A program made the position numbers and the translations under genes. Below the pieces are notes generated by a model. It had not been told where the DNA came from. It did no database searches and was given only the letters and a program-made list of their open reading frames with translations. 64,000 nt of DNA from Selaginella moellendorffii. Its lineage: Eukaryota > Plantae > Lycopodiophyta. The stretch lies in NCBI RefSeq assembly GCF_000143415.4, contig NW_003314273.1, forward strand, positions 2,352,097 to 2,416,096, written 5' to 3'. Shown here one piece after another: positions 51,727 to 64,000 of this stretch. Position 1 is the stretch's first letter. Every line of letters begins with the position of its first letter.

Positions 51727-53343
51727 TTACCTCTTCGCTTCCAAGCTTCTCCGGCGTCTCATGAGCATTTGATTCTGGAGCTCCAGGCTTAGATCCATCC
51801 CTTCGAGTTTCATCCTGCCGTAGAGCCTGAAAGCCTGGTCGTACAAACCACCGACGGTGAAAGCCTCGATCACGCAGGCGTAAGTAGCCTCTTCCGGAGC
51901 GAAGCCTTTCTTGTCCATCTTCTTGATCACTTGAAGGCAATCGAGAAGTTTGTCGTTCACGGCCAGTCCCACCAAGAGCACGTCAAACGTAGCCTTGTTT
52001 GGCTTGATCCTCGAGCTTTTCAGCCCTTGGAACAGCTCGAGAGCCTCGTCGGTCTTCCCCTCCTTGCAAAGCATTTGGATGACTATGTTCTTTGTCTCAA
52101 TGTCTGGAGCGCAGCCGGCGTCCTTTCTCATGTCCTCGTAGAGCCTGAGTGCCTTCTCGTACTGTCCAGCACCATTGAGGAGTCTCAAAAGCCCATTGTA
52201 GACCATACGATCCGAAACAGCCAAATCCTCGTAGAAGTCGGACGCCAAATTTGCGTCACCTTTCTCCTCGAGAAACTTCATGATGATCTTGTTCGAAGCC
52301 TCCTGGAGCTCGCAGCAACCCGCGACCACCATCCTCTTCACAACCCCGAGAGCTTCGCACGCCTTGTCGGAGCTGAGCAGGAACTCGAGCAGGAGATTAA
52401 AGTTGTGGACGTTTGGCTTGCAGCCTCTCGCTGCCATGTCCGCGATGATATCAGGAGCTCGATCCATGTTCTCGGATCTCACAAGCCCGCTGATGAGATA
52501 GATGTAACTGTGGACGTCGGGCGCACAGCCTTTCTCCACCATATGCCTCGAAAGATCCACTGCTTCTCCAACTCTGCCGGTAGAACTCAGCGCATGGATC
52601 ACGGCATTGACAGTCTCGGTGTCGGCTACGTGACCAACTTGGAGCATCCCTCGCACGATCACTGGAAGAACATCACTTCTCTGACACTCGATGAGCTTCT
52701 TGAGCACGTAGAGGTAGTACTTCTTCTTGGGCTTGCGCTTCACGTAGCTCTCAAACTCGAGGAAGCTCTGGACGGCCTTGTCCACCATGAAGGCATCGAA
52801 GTAGCTCTGGACCACCGCCATGAATGTCACGTAAGTTCTCTGGGTGTTACTGGCCATCATCTCCTTGAGAAGGAGATTGAGCTGCCGGAATCGCTGGTTG
52901 AGGCCAAGCGTCTTGAGCATGAGATTGTAGGAATTGGTGTCGTGCTGGAAGCCTGGCTGTGCTTGCGCCCAGCGAAACAGCCCCATGGCAGCGTCGGCAT
53001 CGATGTTCTTGCGCAAAATCTCGCAAATGTGGAAGGCCTGGAGCTTTACCTCGAATTTCTTGAGAATCCCCGCCGCCTCCCACCAGGTGATCGCGCCGCC
53101 GCGGAGCACCAGCGTCATGTGCTTGATGAATCCCACATCTGCGATCGATGGATAGCACTTGTACTGCTGGAATACCTCCTTGTCGATCTCCACTGGCCGC
53201 TCCTCCAGCCCCAAGAAGCTGTCCGGCAAGTGCAAGGGATCCAAGCGGCCGCGCGGAGATTCTAGGGAGTAGAATCTGGCGGTGGTGTGAAGCCCGGAAG
53301 AGACCGCATTGCCCCGGCGGAGGAGCCGCGCGATCGAAATCAT
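51727..53343 (-). CDS. P-class pentatricopeptide repeat protein, 538 aa
   Basis: PPR repeats (PDVHSYIYLISGL, PNVHNFNLLL). The N-terminal block resembles that of 43249-44979. Confidence 0.93.
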   Translation of the reverse strand: MISIARLLRRGNAVSSGLHTTARFYSLESPRGRLDPLHLPDSFLGLEERPVEIDKEVFQQYKCYPSIADVGFIKHMTLVLRGGAITWWEAAGILKKFEVKLQAFHICEILRKNIDADAAMGLFRWAQAQPGFQHDTNSYNLMLKTLGLNQRFRQLNLLLKEMMASNTQRTYVTFMAVVQSYFDAFMVDKAVQSFLEFESYVKRKPKKKYYLYVLKKLIECQRSDVLPVIVRGMLQVGHVADTETVNAVIHALSSTGRVGEAVDLSRHMVEKGCAPDVHSYIYLISGLVRSENMDRAPDIIADMAARGCKPNVHNFNLLLEFLLSSDKACEALGVVKRMVVAGCCELQEASNKIIMKFLEEKGDANLASDFYEDLAVSDRMVYNGLLRLLNGAGQYEKALRLYEDMRKDAGCAPDIETKNIVIQMLCKEGKTDEALELFQGLKSSRIKPNKATFDVLLVGLAVNDKLLDCLQVIKKMDKKGFAPEEATYACVIEAFTVGGLYDQAFRLYGRMKLEGMDLSLELQNQMLMRRRRSLEAKR

Positions 53344-53472
53344 CCTCCCTTCTTCATCCTCCTTTGGGGTGTTTTTTTAGGGTTCTAAGGATTTATATTC
53401 TTTTGTAGCGTTAGGGGAGGCGCTCAGCTCGTCGCGAGGACGCTTGGCGCATCGCCGCTCTCCGGAGGCGCC

Positions 53473-55424
53473 ATGGATTCCGGTAAGCTCTCTTCGTAGC
53501 GCAGCGCTCACTAGGGCGCGATTTCTTGCTCCCGCGCTTGGCATTGCATGGATCCTCAGTAATTCTTGCTTGGTTTCGTGGTGTATAGACGCGGACATGG
53601 AAGATTATGGCTTTGAGTACTCGGAAGAAGACCCCGAGGAGCAAGATGTCGATATCGAGAATCAGTACTACAACTCTAAAGGTAGCGATTTTCTTTTCTG
53701 TGAAAGAAAACAATGGTATCGGCAGGATTTGTGGAGGCTGATCCTCGAGGAGCTCTCAAGGGCTTTGCGGAGGTCGTGAAGATGGAAGAAGAGAAAGGAG
53801 AATGGTAAACGAGCTTTTCTCTTTCTTTTCTCAAAGAAACACCACGCAGGGGATTCAAGGCTTTGAAGCAGACCGTGAAGGTGCATTTTCGATTGGGGAC
53901 CTACAAGGAGATGATGGACGCCTATAGGGAGATGCTGACGTACATCAAGTCCGCGGTTACCCGGAACTACAGCGAGAAATGCATCAACAACATCATGGAT
54001 TTTGTCTCCGGCACTGCAAACCAAAACCTGGAGCTGCTGCAAGAGTTTTACCAGACAACGCTCAAAGCTCTCGAGGATGCCAAGAATGAGGTTGTGCCGG
54101 TGGCTCGTGTTTCTTGCTAATAGTGATTTGTGCAGAGGTTGTGGTTTAAAGCGAATCTCAAACTTTGCAAGCTTTGGTTCGACATGGGAGAGTATGCACG
54201 CATGAGCAAGGTAATATTAGCCTGGGTGATTTTTTTTAATTTTCTGGCCCTCCTTTCGCTGCATAGATTTTGAAAGAGCTCCACAGATCGTGCCAGAGAG
54301 AAGATGGCTCTGATGATCAGAAGAAAGGAACTCAGCTTCTGGAAGTATACGCCATTGAGATTCAGATGTACACGGAGACAAAGAACAACAAGAAGCTAAA
54401 GGTATCTATGCAGTTCTTTTTATGATATTTTGCTGAACCTCGGCCTCAGCAACTCTATCAAAAAGCTTTGTCTATCAAATCGGCGATTCCTCATCCACGC
54501 ATCATGGGAATCATCCACGAGTGCGGCGGAAAGATGCATATGGCTGAGAGGCACTGGGCAGACGCAGCCACTGACTTTTTCGAGGCCTTCAAGAACTATG
54601 ACGAAGCCGGAGCACAAAGACGGATCCAATGCTTGAAGTGAGTGGCTTTTACAAAAGTCCGGTCTAACATGTTTTCTTCTTTGTAACAGGTATTTGGTTC
54701 TTGCAAATATGCTGATGGAGTCTCAGGTTAACCCCTTCGACGCACAAGAAGCAAAACCGTATGTATCATTTTGTCCACATTCCTCAATTCTGTGCTTTGT
54801 TTTTCTGTCCTCCCAGGTATAAGAACGACCCTGAAATTCTAGCGATGACAAACCTTGTCGCAGCTTACCAGCGCAACGAAATTTTCGAGTTTGAGAAGAT
54901 CCTGAAGGTAAAGCTGTTAAGTTGGCAGTCTGAGCCGGGCGAGGATTGATTTTATTTGATTTTATCTGGCAGAGCAACCGGAAAACGATAATGGACGACC
55001 CGTTCATTCGGAATTACATCGAGGACTTGCTGAAGAACATCCGGACACAAGTACTATTAAAGCTCATCAAGCCTTACACCCGGATCCGCATTCCATTTAT
55101 CTCGAAGGTCGGTTTTGTGCAAATTCTATCCGCTGCCATTCAACTCTCTTGTGTAAAACAGGAGCTCAACATTCCGGAAAGAGATGTGGAGCAGCTCTTG
55201 GTGTCTCTCATCCTGGACAACCGGGTTCACGGTCACATAGATCAAGTTCATCAGCTCCTGGAGCTCGGTGACAGGTAACTCTGGACGATAGATTCTAGTT
55301 AGTTTCGTTCGAACTAAACGGTGTGCTGCTCAGATCGAAAGGGCTGAAAAAATACACCGCGATCGACAAATGGAACACGCAGCTGAGATCTCTGTGCCAG
55401 ACCGTCTCCAACAGGATCGGCTGA
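53473..55424 (+). CDS. CSN2: COP9 signalosome subunit 2, multi-exon
   Basis: [11 protein letters not shown]...[54 protein letters not shown] and PCI domain [18 protein letters not shown]. Confidence 0.97.
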
Positions 55425-55627
55425 GAGCGAGAGGATTTTTTGTAACGCATTTAGCAACATCCACGCCAGGTCGGAGTTTCTTCTTCTTCTTTTTCTTCTC
55501 TTTTGGCCTTTGTAGCTCAGTGTGTATATTCGCGAAAGAAAATTTTGAGATTCCTGATTTAATGCGTTAAAGGTGTTTCTACAAGGCATAGATTGCCAGA
55601 GAGTAGAGGGCTTTCGATTGATGATTT

Positions 55628-55990
55628 GGAATGGCTCCACGCGATGGAGTGCTTCCAGAGGATGATCGATGCTGGGCGATGGATCGGGATCACATTTGCG
55701 GCGATTCTGGATTGGGGAGCGCTGGGCCTTTTGCTAGGCAAGTTAATGGGTTTACTCCAGATGCTCTCTTGAACATTTCTTCTTGGATTGTTTTTCTTGG
55801 ACAGGATGTATGATTATAGCACTCCTTCATTCGATGCACAAGAGTATGGATGAGCTACTTTGCTCGCGATCTCCCCGACGAGAGCTCGGTATAACGACTA
55901 TGCAGCATATGCCTCGGATGGGCATTAGTAAGGCCTCGTTAAAAGAAATGCCCAGAAGGGGCATTTGTATGGAGAGCTGGGACGCGGGCT
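55628..55990 (+). pseudogene. Decayed PLS-type PPR fragment
   Basis: Broken frames give AMECFQRMID...ITFAAIL, AAYASDGH* and KEMPRR...SWDA. Confidence 0.45.
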
Positions 55991-56048
55991 TATGAGACGA
56001 AGAGATAAACCCTAGCGTTCTTGCATTGCGGCATTTGCGAGGGAGACG

Positions 56049-57681
56049 ATGGGCGCGGGGTTGTCAGATGGTAATGCCGCTCCTCCGTCGCGATTTTCTG
56101 GAATCGCCTTGCAGGGTTGGGCGCCCGCGCTCGAGGATCGGCAGTTCCAGGCGTCGTCGTTGCGCTGTGGCGGGGATGGAGCCGATATCGGACGTGTTGC
56201 GAGATATTTCGGCTCCTCTTCGACGATTCTTTCCCATTTTCGCAGGAATCCGGTATCCGCTGTTGTCTCGTTCGTGTTTGATCCTAGTTCTTCCTGCTAC
56301 ACTGCGTTTGCATAGCTGTGAACAAAGATCATCCACTGGAGCATGACACTGGTGAGCGCTTTCTTTCTTTATCGGATCTTAGCCAGTTTGATCGATATTA
56401 CCAGGGCCTGACTGGCTGAAGGAGGTGACACGTCGAGTTTCAAAGAGAAAGAGCGTTAGTGATGCAGCTCAACTCCATCAACTCGGCCTCTTTTTCGACA
56501 CGGATCTTCAGCTCCAAAACTTGGCAGGCGATCAAGGTAATGAATCCAGCATTTCTTGCTAGTCTCTAAAACTTTGAGTCCTTTCCACTCACAGACAAGC
56601 TATTACTTGGCGCAACTACAGATAAGCAGGTTTAGCAATATCTTCTTTTACTTGCTTGCTTTCAACTCGTATTGCCAGGACCTTGCTGCACATGAGGTAG
56701 TGAGTGCTGCAGTCGTGGCTTATGTCCAGGAGCTGCTTCTGGAGAGTTATGATATGACGTTGAAAACGCTGGAGCTCAAAAGGAATACATCACGTCAGGT
56801 AAGTAACTAGCATGATGAATTGAAATTTTCATGACTTGGTTGCCCAGACAAGCACAATAGTCGTGTCTTCGAATGTCAAGTCAGCAAAGGCGATTGTTTT
56901 ACTTCTCTGTGATGGCTTATGGTTGAAGAAAATCCATGTCAAGGTAAATAGCAAGTGCAATACAATGTGTCTAAGCTTTATGTGTTGTTTTGCTAGGACT
57001 CCCTTCTTACAGTATTGGCATTTCTTGGTAATGCATGAATTCTCAAATTCAAGTTCTTACATTTTCCAATCAGAATGGGCTCACGGGCTTGGGATGGCAG
57101 TGGTTCTTCTAAATCCAAGCGAGGTGGCGTTCAACGAGCGAAAGGTGCAAACCATTCCATCTTGTGTTTTCTTTGTTTTTTGTGGGACTGACAAAGAGCA
57201 TTGCAGCAAGCTGCAAGTGCCGACATTTCGCTTGAGCACGTTCTATGTGCATGGGACTTCGTCTTCACAACTTTCCCTGGCACGGTGCTCGCTGTCGTTG
57301 CTCACGGCTCTGGAGGAAAGCTCGCACTCGATCTGTTAAGCCGCAGACATGTCGTCCTTCCTGAAGATTGGGAAGCTGTCCAGCGACTGAGATGTTTCGC
57401 ATTCTGTAATTCAGAGATTCCAAGCGATTCTTTGCAAGTAAGAGTTCTTTTATGTGAGACATATAACGTGTTAAGCTCGTTCGTAGGTGCTTTCTCGTCG
57501 GAAATTGAATTTCCTTGAGAGCAACTGCATTAATTGGGTCTCAGAAGACAAGCTGGCGACAGAAAGAAGCCCGATAAAACAGGTGCCCTCTGGAGCAAAG
57601 ACCCACGAGAAAGCTGCAGAGTTCGCTTTCAATCCGATGTGTAACTTCCTGTTGGCGAATCTGACAGACGCAAGGAACTAA
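56049..57681 (+). CDS. Arb2/FAM172-like protein, multi-exon
   Basis: LHQLGLFFD, IVVSSNVKSAKAIVLLL, WAHGLGMAVVLLNP, EHVLCAWD, AVVAHGSGG, FAFCNS, NCINWVS and SGAKTHE occur in the motif order of the Arb2 domain. Confidence 0.78.
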
Positions 57682-59004
57682 ATCCATTTGAAGGTAACTG
57701 TTATGTGAAACTGTATCATCGTAACTGACAGATCATTTTGATTTATTGCAGGATGTACAATTAGGACTGTACATGCGATTGTTAAGACTTGTGCTGACAG
57801 TTCCCTGTTTGTTCTCGAGCAGGGATATTGTCGATGTTATTGCTTTCTATTGGTGCCGACTATCTTGAGACGGAAGATTGATGAGAAAAATAGAGAAGAG
57901 CCTTGCATCAGCAAAGAAATTTCACCCGGCCGTGAGCTCTGTTGAAATGGAAATCCAGGTGGGTGTATTACATCTGCAACTAATTTTTCTCAGAGGAACT
58001 TCACAGGTCCTTCAGTTGCAATCGTTTTGAGACCTGAAGAAGCGAACTGCAAAATAGTGCGTTGTTTTGCTGGCTTGTGAGTCAAGTGATGAACGTAGCG
58101 GCCGGCATCGAAGTGCCAGCTGAAATTTGCGCCGATTCTTCTCGAAAATGAAAAGCGGAGAGAGCAACAAATCGTTTCCACGTTTGCTTCCTCGCTACCA
58201 GCGCCATCAGTGAAAAAGCGGAACACATTTAGCACACCACATCTATCCATCGCGTTTGCTCCTGAACACTTAGACAATGCGTGGAATTACAAGAGAAAGA
58301 ACTAAGAAACGGCGCCGAAAGGTGGTGGCCGAACAGTCCATGGTGACAACGAAGGAATGTCCGAACTTCCCTGCAGACAGCAAGCCTCGGAAACTGTTGA
58401 GGTCTATTGTTGTTGGCGAAGACAGCATCAGAGTGCGTAGCGGGCCAGCAGTGTCACATCATCTCCTGACGTTTTTTCACGAAGAAAACATCCAAAAGCC
58501 TCATCGCCATTGTCGATCACAAGGCGTGGATCATGCAAGAAACCAGTTCCTGGTGGAACCGTGGGCTATAAATCGAAGTCATCCTGCAAGGTAATGACGC
58601 ATTTACATGTTCTCTAATCATTTAGCCTGCAGGTGCGCTCATTATGAAAAAGCTGGATCCTTCGCTGTGTATTCTATCTTCATGTCGAATGTTGAAGAGC
58701 AAGCTGTTTTGAGAAGGTCCGCTACAGAAATTTTTTCACGTCCTTTCATACAGATCGAAACTTTTGGGCAGCCTCATTGGACATACCGCATTACACCACC
58801 AAAGCGGTTTCTATCTTTCAACCTGCGTTTGGCGATTGCTTCTCGGTCATGAATACACGTGCTGGTATGTATCCTTCGGATGCTGATGAGAAGATGGCTA
58901 TGGATCTGGCTGGCATGTTTCAGGTACGCATAAAATATCTGTGTCGATTTTGCTGCCAGGCGGCAGATCGTATGGATCGCAAAGCATGCTAGTGAATGAC
59001 TGAT

Positions 59005-59595
59005 GGATCCAAGGCTTGAAGTGAGTGATGTTACAAGAGTTCAGGGGTGGTCTAACATGTTTTCTTCTTTGTCTTTGTCACAGGTATTTGGTTCTTGATG
59101 GAGTCTCAAGGTAACTCCTACGCTCAAGAATTTAAATTGTAATATATCATTTCATCACATACTTCAATTGTGTGCTCCTGTCAGGTATAAGAACGACCCT
59201 GAAATTCTGGTGATGACAAACCGTACCAGCGTTCGAGTTTGAGAAGATCCAGTCCGAATTTATTTGATTTTATCTGGCAGGCCAATGGGAAAAACGATAA
59301 TGGATGACCATCAAAACAATACAATGATGAGAGTTTTGATGGGACGACAACCATACATTCTCGGAATTACATCGAGGTGCTGAAGAACATCTGGACACGA
59401 GTACTATTGAAACTAAGCCTTGCATCACCATTTATCTCGAAGGTACGCTGCCATTGTGTAAAACAGGACCGCCTGGTGTCCCTCATCCTGGACAACCGGG
59501 TTCACGGTCACATCGATCAAGGTCTTGGAGGTAGACACGATATCTAGTTTCGCACGAACTCAGCTGTGCTGTGAGGATCGAAAGGGCTGAAAAAG
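59005..59595 (+). pseudogene. Degraded partial duplicate of the CSN2 3' half
   Basis: Collinear with about 54620-55345 including intron sequence (GGTCTAACATGTTTTCTTCTTTGT; GTATAAGAACGACCCTGAAATTCT; ATCCTGGACAACCGGGTTCACGGTCACAT). Many deletions. Confidence 0.9.
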
Positions 59596-59848
59596 TTTCT
59601 TCTTCTTCTGAATTGGATTTATTGCCTTTTGCTTGAAAATAAAATAAAATCTGTTTCCCTTTGTGTAGTTTATAAACTTAGAAGGGCGTCCTGTTATTAG
59701 GGTGGTGGGAAGATGGCAATAGAGAGGGTCCTCTGGTACGATGGGAAGTGGACAGCTGCTGGAGGTCCAATTGATGACTGCTGGAACCCCATGTTGCCTG
59801 ATTCTTTGACAATAGAGGGGACTCCTGGAGAGATGAAACTTCCTTAAC

Positions 59849-59948
59849 NNNNNNNNNNNNNNNNNNNNNNNNNNNNNNNNNNNNNNNNNNNNNNNNNNNN
59901 NNNNNNNNNNNNNNNNNNNNNNNNNNNNNNNNNNNNNNNNNNNNNNNN
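59849..59948. other. Assembly gap (100 N)
   Basis: Run of N. Confidence 1.
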
Positions 59949-59949
59949 A

Positions 59950-60500
59950 ATGGTCAAAGCTCCCAATATAAATGTGGGAGGCACTAATTACTTGGACATT
60001 TGGAGTGGCTCATCAGAACCTCGCTCTAGCCCACCATGGCTAGGGCACCCAAAGATGAAAGGTGGGGAGAGTACCCATGAGGTTTACATAAGGCCACGGT
60101 GTTTTAAAATGTCATCATAAAGTCCTAGATTATAGAAAAGAAGAGGAACAATCCTTTGGTATAGTGACCAAGGATATGATCACATGGTGAGGAAGTCCCA
60201 GAAGATAGTAGGACTTAGTGGTTAGGCCTTTGGGCCTTAACCCAATAGTAGTGTTGGCAAGCACGACCGTGGATAAAAAAGGACTTAATGGGAAAGGAAG
60301 AAGGGATATTGGAGAAAGGTGTTTTTTATGTCCCCGGGCATCCTAAGGGTGCTAAGGTATAGTCAAAGGATGACCACTCATAGATGGATGGCCTAGTCTT
60401 TGAGAGACGGGATTATAATGCAAGTGGTCTTAGATTACTGATATGACAAAGGTGAATAGGAATGGCTTAGCATAACAGGTTGATAAGTTGGTGGTTGTTG
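59950..60500 (+). mobile_element. Interspersed repeat, homolog of about 18000-18430
   Basis: Reverse-complement similarity, e.g. AATCCTTTGGTATAGTGACCAAGGATATG. Confidence 0.6.
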
Positions 60501-60759
60501 CGAATGTGATTTGGGGTATCGAAAGATATTTGTTAGCTAATCCTTACGGACACTCTCTCCTTATTGCCATAACGGCGGGAGGTCAGTACTGTTGGTTCTT
60601 GTTATGGTCTCCACCCAAGCTAGTTGAGAAACTGGTCAGCACGTGTGCACTTAAACCAGAAGGGCACTAAGGAAGGAAATCCTAAGTTGTCATTAAGTTA
60701 AACATACTTGACACGGTGACGAGAAACTCATGATGTTGACTTGCACTTGCTAGTGTTAG

Positions 60760-61180
60760 AAACCCCTGCAATATTGAGACTAGTCCCTCAATATTCGTTA
60801 AATGATAGTTTACCGTGTTTGCCAAACACTCTCGTTATCACGCCCTTTATATTAGTTTCATTTCGGTCTTAAATGTTATTTATAGAAAGTGTCTATATTC
60901 ATGTCTACAAAATGTAAAGGTCGACTTGAACACAATGGTGTTCATCCNNNNNNNNNNNNNNNNNNNNNNNNNNNNNNNNNNNNNNNNNNNNNNNNNNNNN
61001 NNNNNNNNNNNNNNNNNNNNNNNNNNNNNNNNNNNNNNNNNNNNNNNATAGTAAGTTTCAAGCTTATTCCAAATACTAACTCCTGATACTAAGGGAGGCA
61101 TGGGGTAAAAGCCCTGTTTCTCAAAGGGGGGGGAGGGGGCTGTGGGGGGTTCTAAATGTATAGTAGGGATAGTGGTTGAA
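60760..61180 (+). mobile_element. LTR fragment of the 3324/8526 family spanning a 100-N gap (60948-61047)
   Basis: ATATTGAGACTAGTCCCTCAATAT matches about 3594. ACTAACTCCTGATACTAAGGGAGGCATGGGGT matches the reverse of about 9093-9124. Confidence 0.85.
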
Positions 61181-61329
61181 ATGTATGTTTGACCACTTGA
61201 GACATTAATTTGGCTCCTACTAAACTATGGTGACACTCTACCCTGTGGTGCACCAAAAATGCAGAGGAGAGGTTGTGAACAAAAGAAAGGAACTTTGAAA
61301 CCCTAGAATACACTATATACTATAGAACA

Positions 61330-62230
61330 TGCTTTGACATATTCCCATACCCAAGCTCCTTCCACTTGACAAGATACTCCTTGGTGTGTTCAGTTTCCCT
61401 GACACCAATAATTTAGTGTGAACATGCAAGAAAAATCGTTGTAAGCAAACCTTTCATCTATGACCCTATCAACAGTGATTCATTCCGCTCGAGTTGGACA
61501 TTGTTTCATGGCCTCACACGTTTTGTGGAATTGGTTCATCTTCATCCTTGAAGCTCTCTCCATGTCATTCAGCAGTATCCTGTGATGCTTCATATGAGTG
61601 ACTAGTGTCTATAAGCAAGAAAAGACTTACCAAGAGCAATGAAGGTAAGACCTCGACTTCCACTTGACAGGTAACGCTTCATCTGCTCTTCTTCTGCCTT
61701 CTTGCCTTCCTCCGTCTTCCTTCTCCGTGAGAGTGCATGAAACTCCTGTTAGTGCTTCCCTCTTGCAGCAAGATAATCTTTGAAGCCAATACCAATAATT
61801 TGAGAATCTACTTAGAGGCTCCTCCTGAAACAAAAATAAATACATAATGCCAGTATGAGAAACGAAAGGCATCGACACTACAACAAAGCAGGGCATCTCG
61901 AGCTCCTCCTTAGAACAGACTTCATTGGCGGATCCAAGCACTGGAGGTGATACACCGCAGCACAAGCATCGCAGCAGAAAACTTTGCCACCACTCTTGCA
62001 AATGGTGCAAAAATCTTTCCTCNNNNNNNNNNNNNNNNNNNNNNNNNNNNNNNNNNNNNNNNNNNNNNNNNNNNNNNNNNNNNNNNNNNNNNNNNNNNNN
62101 NNNNNNNNNNNNNNNNNNNNNNGAATAAACGAACGATATTTGTAAAGTCCCTGAAAACCCTAGGTGCTGACTATGCGTACCACCATCCAGCTGCCGCCTT
62201 GGCATGGGGGCCTTTGCTTGCCATTGCCAT
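61330..62230 (-). pseudogene. Degraded PICKLE/CHD3-type chromatin remodeler N-terminus (PHD plus two chromodomains)
   Basis: DFCTICKSGGKVFCCDACAAVYHLQCLDPP (PHD), VKWKSRSYLHCSW (chromo 1), RMKMNQFHK, *ITVDRVIDE and EYLVKWKELGY (chromo 2). Contains frameshifts and a stop; no ATPase domain follows. Confidence 0.8.
62023..62122. other. Assembly gap (100 N)
   Basis: Run of N. Confidence 1.
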
Positions 62231-64000
62231 CTTGGCCCTGTGGGGCCATGACCTGGAGTTAGTGACTGTGCAGCACTGTGGCTAAAACAAATAAAACTCC
62301 GCATTTAAAACATTTTGCAACTTTTGTTGACTCAAAACTCATTCATGTTTTCAGTTTGAGTTTTTTCAACATTAAAACTCAGCATTGTACTTAAGAAAAT
62401 TTTGTAAATAAAATTTTATTCACACACTATATTTTTGTAAGTAAAGTTCCAATAACAACTGATATTTATTCAACAGAATATAATATGATATATATCTAAA
62501 CTTGAGTAAATGTTGTGGTTATAATTACTATCTAAGTTGGTAAAACAAAAATCAATTCACATTTAGTATTTTTATGAGAAATCTGTGATTATGATCCTCT
62601 CTGTAGCTCAGTTGATTCAGCAAGAATTCTGCCTCTTCAACAAAATTTCAAGCCCGAGACATTAAAGCTATTTACAAATCCTAAACCACTAGTATTTCTA
62701 TTGCAATTCTTTTAGAGAAACCCTTTTCATGCTTATTATTGAAAAATTATCATTCATAATTTATTTTTGAGAAAGTGAGGAAATACAAGTGTACTTAGTG
62801 GTCTTCAATACAAATCCATTTAAAGTTTGTAATAAGCAAAACTGTTAATTATGTTTAAGAATATTTTTGATATATTATCATTTTATGGTATAGAGTGATA
62901 GAATCATGTTATAATCATGCCATTGGCAATTAGTATTTGATGTTCAATGTTCATAATGTGTGGAGCAAGATTTATCTTTTCTTAATGAAGTTCATGAGGC
63001 TTAAAAGGTTAAACTATGAATTCAAAGGTTTTGCGATGAGTTTAAAAATCTTACATAATTTGTTGATGACTTGTCATTTTAGCATTTAATTTTCAATATT
63101 AACTTAAGGATAACTTTTTTTATTTTGTAGGAACAGATCCTGATGATCATTTACTGTTGGTGGTACAGAATCCTCATCTAGAAAATCCACAAATGCTGGA
63201 ATAATAGGCTCATCAAAAATAAAAGAAGAAAGCAAAATTTTATATTTTAACATTTATACCAATAACAAATTCCTAAACACTCTGTGAAGATTTATTCATA
63301 ACTATATATGATTCAAATTAGACCAATATTTTGGCCATCTTTTCCAAGACAAGACCATGAGTGTTTGTCTTGTTTTCCAGCTTACCTTAATATATATTCA
63401 AATTATGCAAGAAAAATATATTAATATAATATTTTATATATACAAATTTTACAGTTTTTGGAAAATATAGTTATCTGACCTTAAGTAGTAGTTTCTTCAC
63501 CTTTTCAATCCAATGGTTTATGGTTGTGATTTTTTGCTTTTAAACTCTTCTCTAATTCATTTGTAATTTTCTTTAAATATTATAAAATAATCTTAATATT
63601 CTAAAAACTTATCAAGCTTTTTTTATCCATCAAGATAGTTGCTTGTTAACAACAAGCTAACCAAGATTTATTGTTGTGAGATACAAATTTTTGAGCCCCA
63701 AAGTAGAGCCAAAAAAGTGCCACATGGTAATGATTGAAGTGGAAGTCCAACAAGTATAATATATTTGGACCAAAAGCCATGATTTGGGAAGTCGAGAGCG
63801 GGAATAAAATTCCAAACTAAGTGCTCAAGGAATGAGCATGAAGCAATTGGTGAATAAATTTCTAAAAAGGACACAATAAGGACTGATATATGGCTAGTGT
63901 TGTGACACATGGAAGTGTTAGGAACAAGTTTGCAATGGGATATGAGGAGTTTAAGGTGGAGTCTAAGAAAGAATCCAAGAAGGAATCTAAGATGGAGTTC

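Noticed and set aside
51931-53265. 444-aa ORF antisense to the second PPR gene
   Set aside because: Same shadow-ORF effect.

Overview
Eukaryotic plant nuclear DNA. Very short introns (about 45-75 nt), tiny intergenic gaps, GC3-rich exons and a single-DUF26 receptor kinase suggest a compact non-seed plant such as Selaginella (inference, not tested). 1-10 kb is a decayed LTR-retrotransposon cluster that includes a solo LTR with a 5-bp TSD nested in an older LTR of the same family. 11.7-16.5 kb holds plastid RPL31, an A20/AN1 SAP gene and a multi-exon Mutator-transposase-derived gene whose catalytic residues look altered. 17-25 kb is mostly retroelement debris plus a frameshifted hevein-jacalin lectin. 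25.6-57.7 kb is gene-dense: an intronless Fic-domain gene head-to-head with an alpha/beta hydrolase, NF-YC, two MEI2-like paralogs flanking an EMB2759-like gene, a probably inactive hydrolase, two related PPR genes, Yos1, HVA22-like, mitochondrial Rieske protein, a frameshifted GDSL lipase, the CRK, CSN2 and an Arb2/FAM172-like gene. The end has a CSN2 pseudo-copy, three 100-N gaps, LTR fragments and a degraded PICKLE/CHD3 N-terminus. Best leads: the Fic gene, the Arb2/FAM172-like gene, the possibly domesticated MULE gene, and a splice-created upstream AUG shared by both MEI2-like paralogs. All identifications are by motif recognition; no searches were run.
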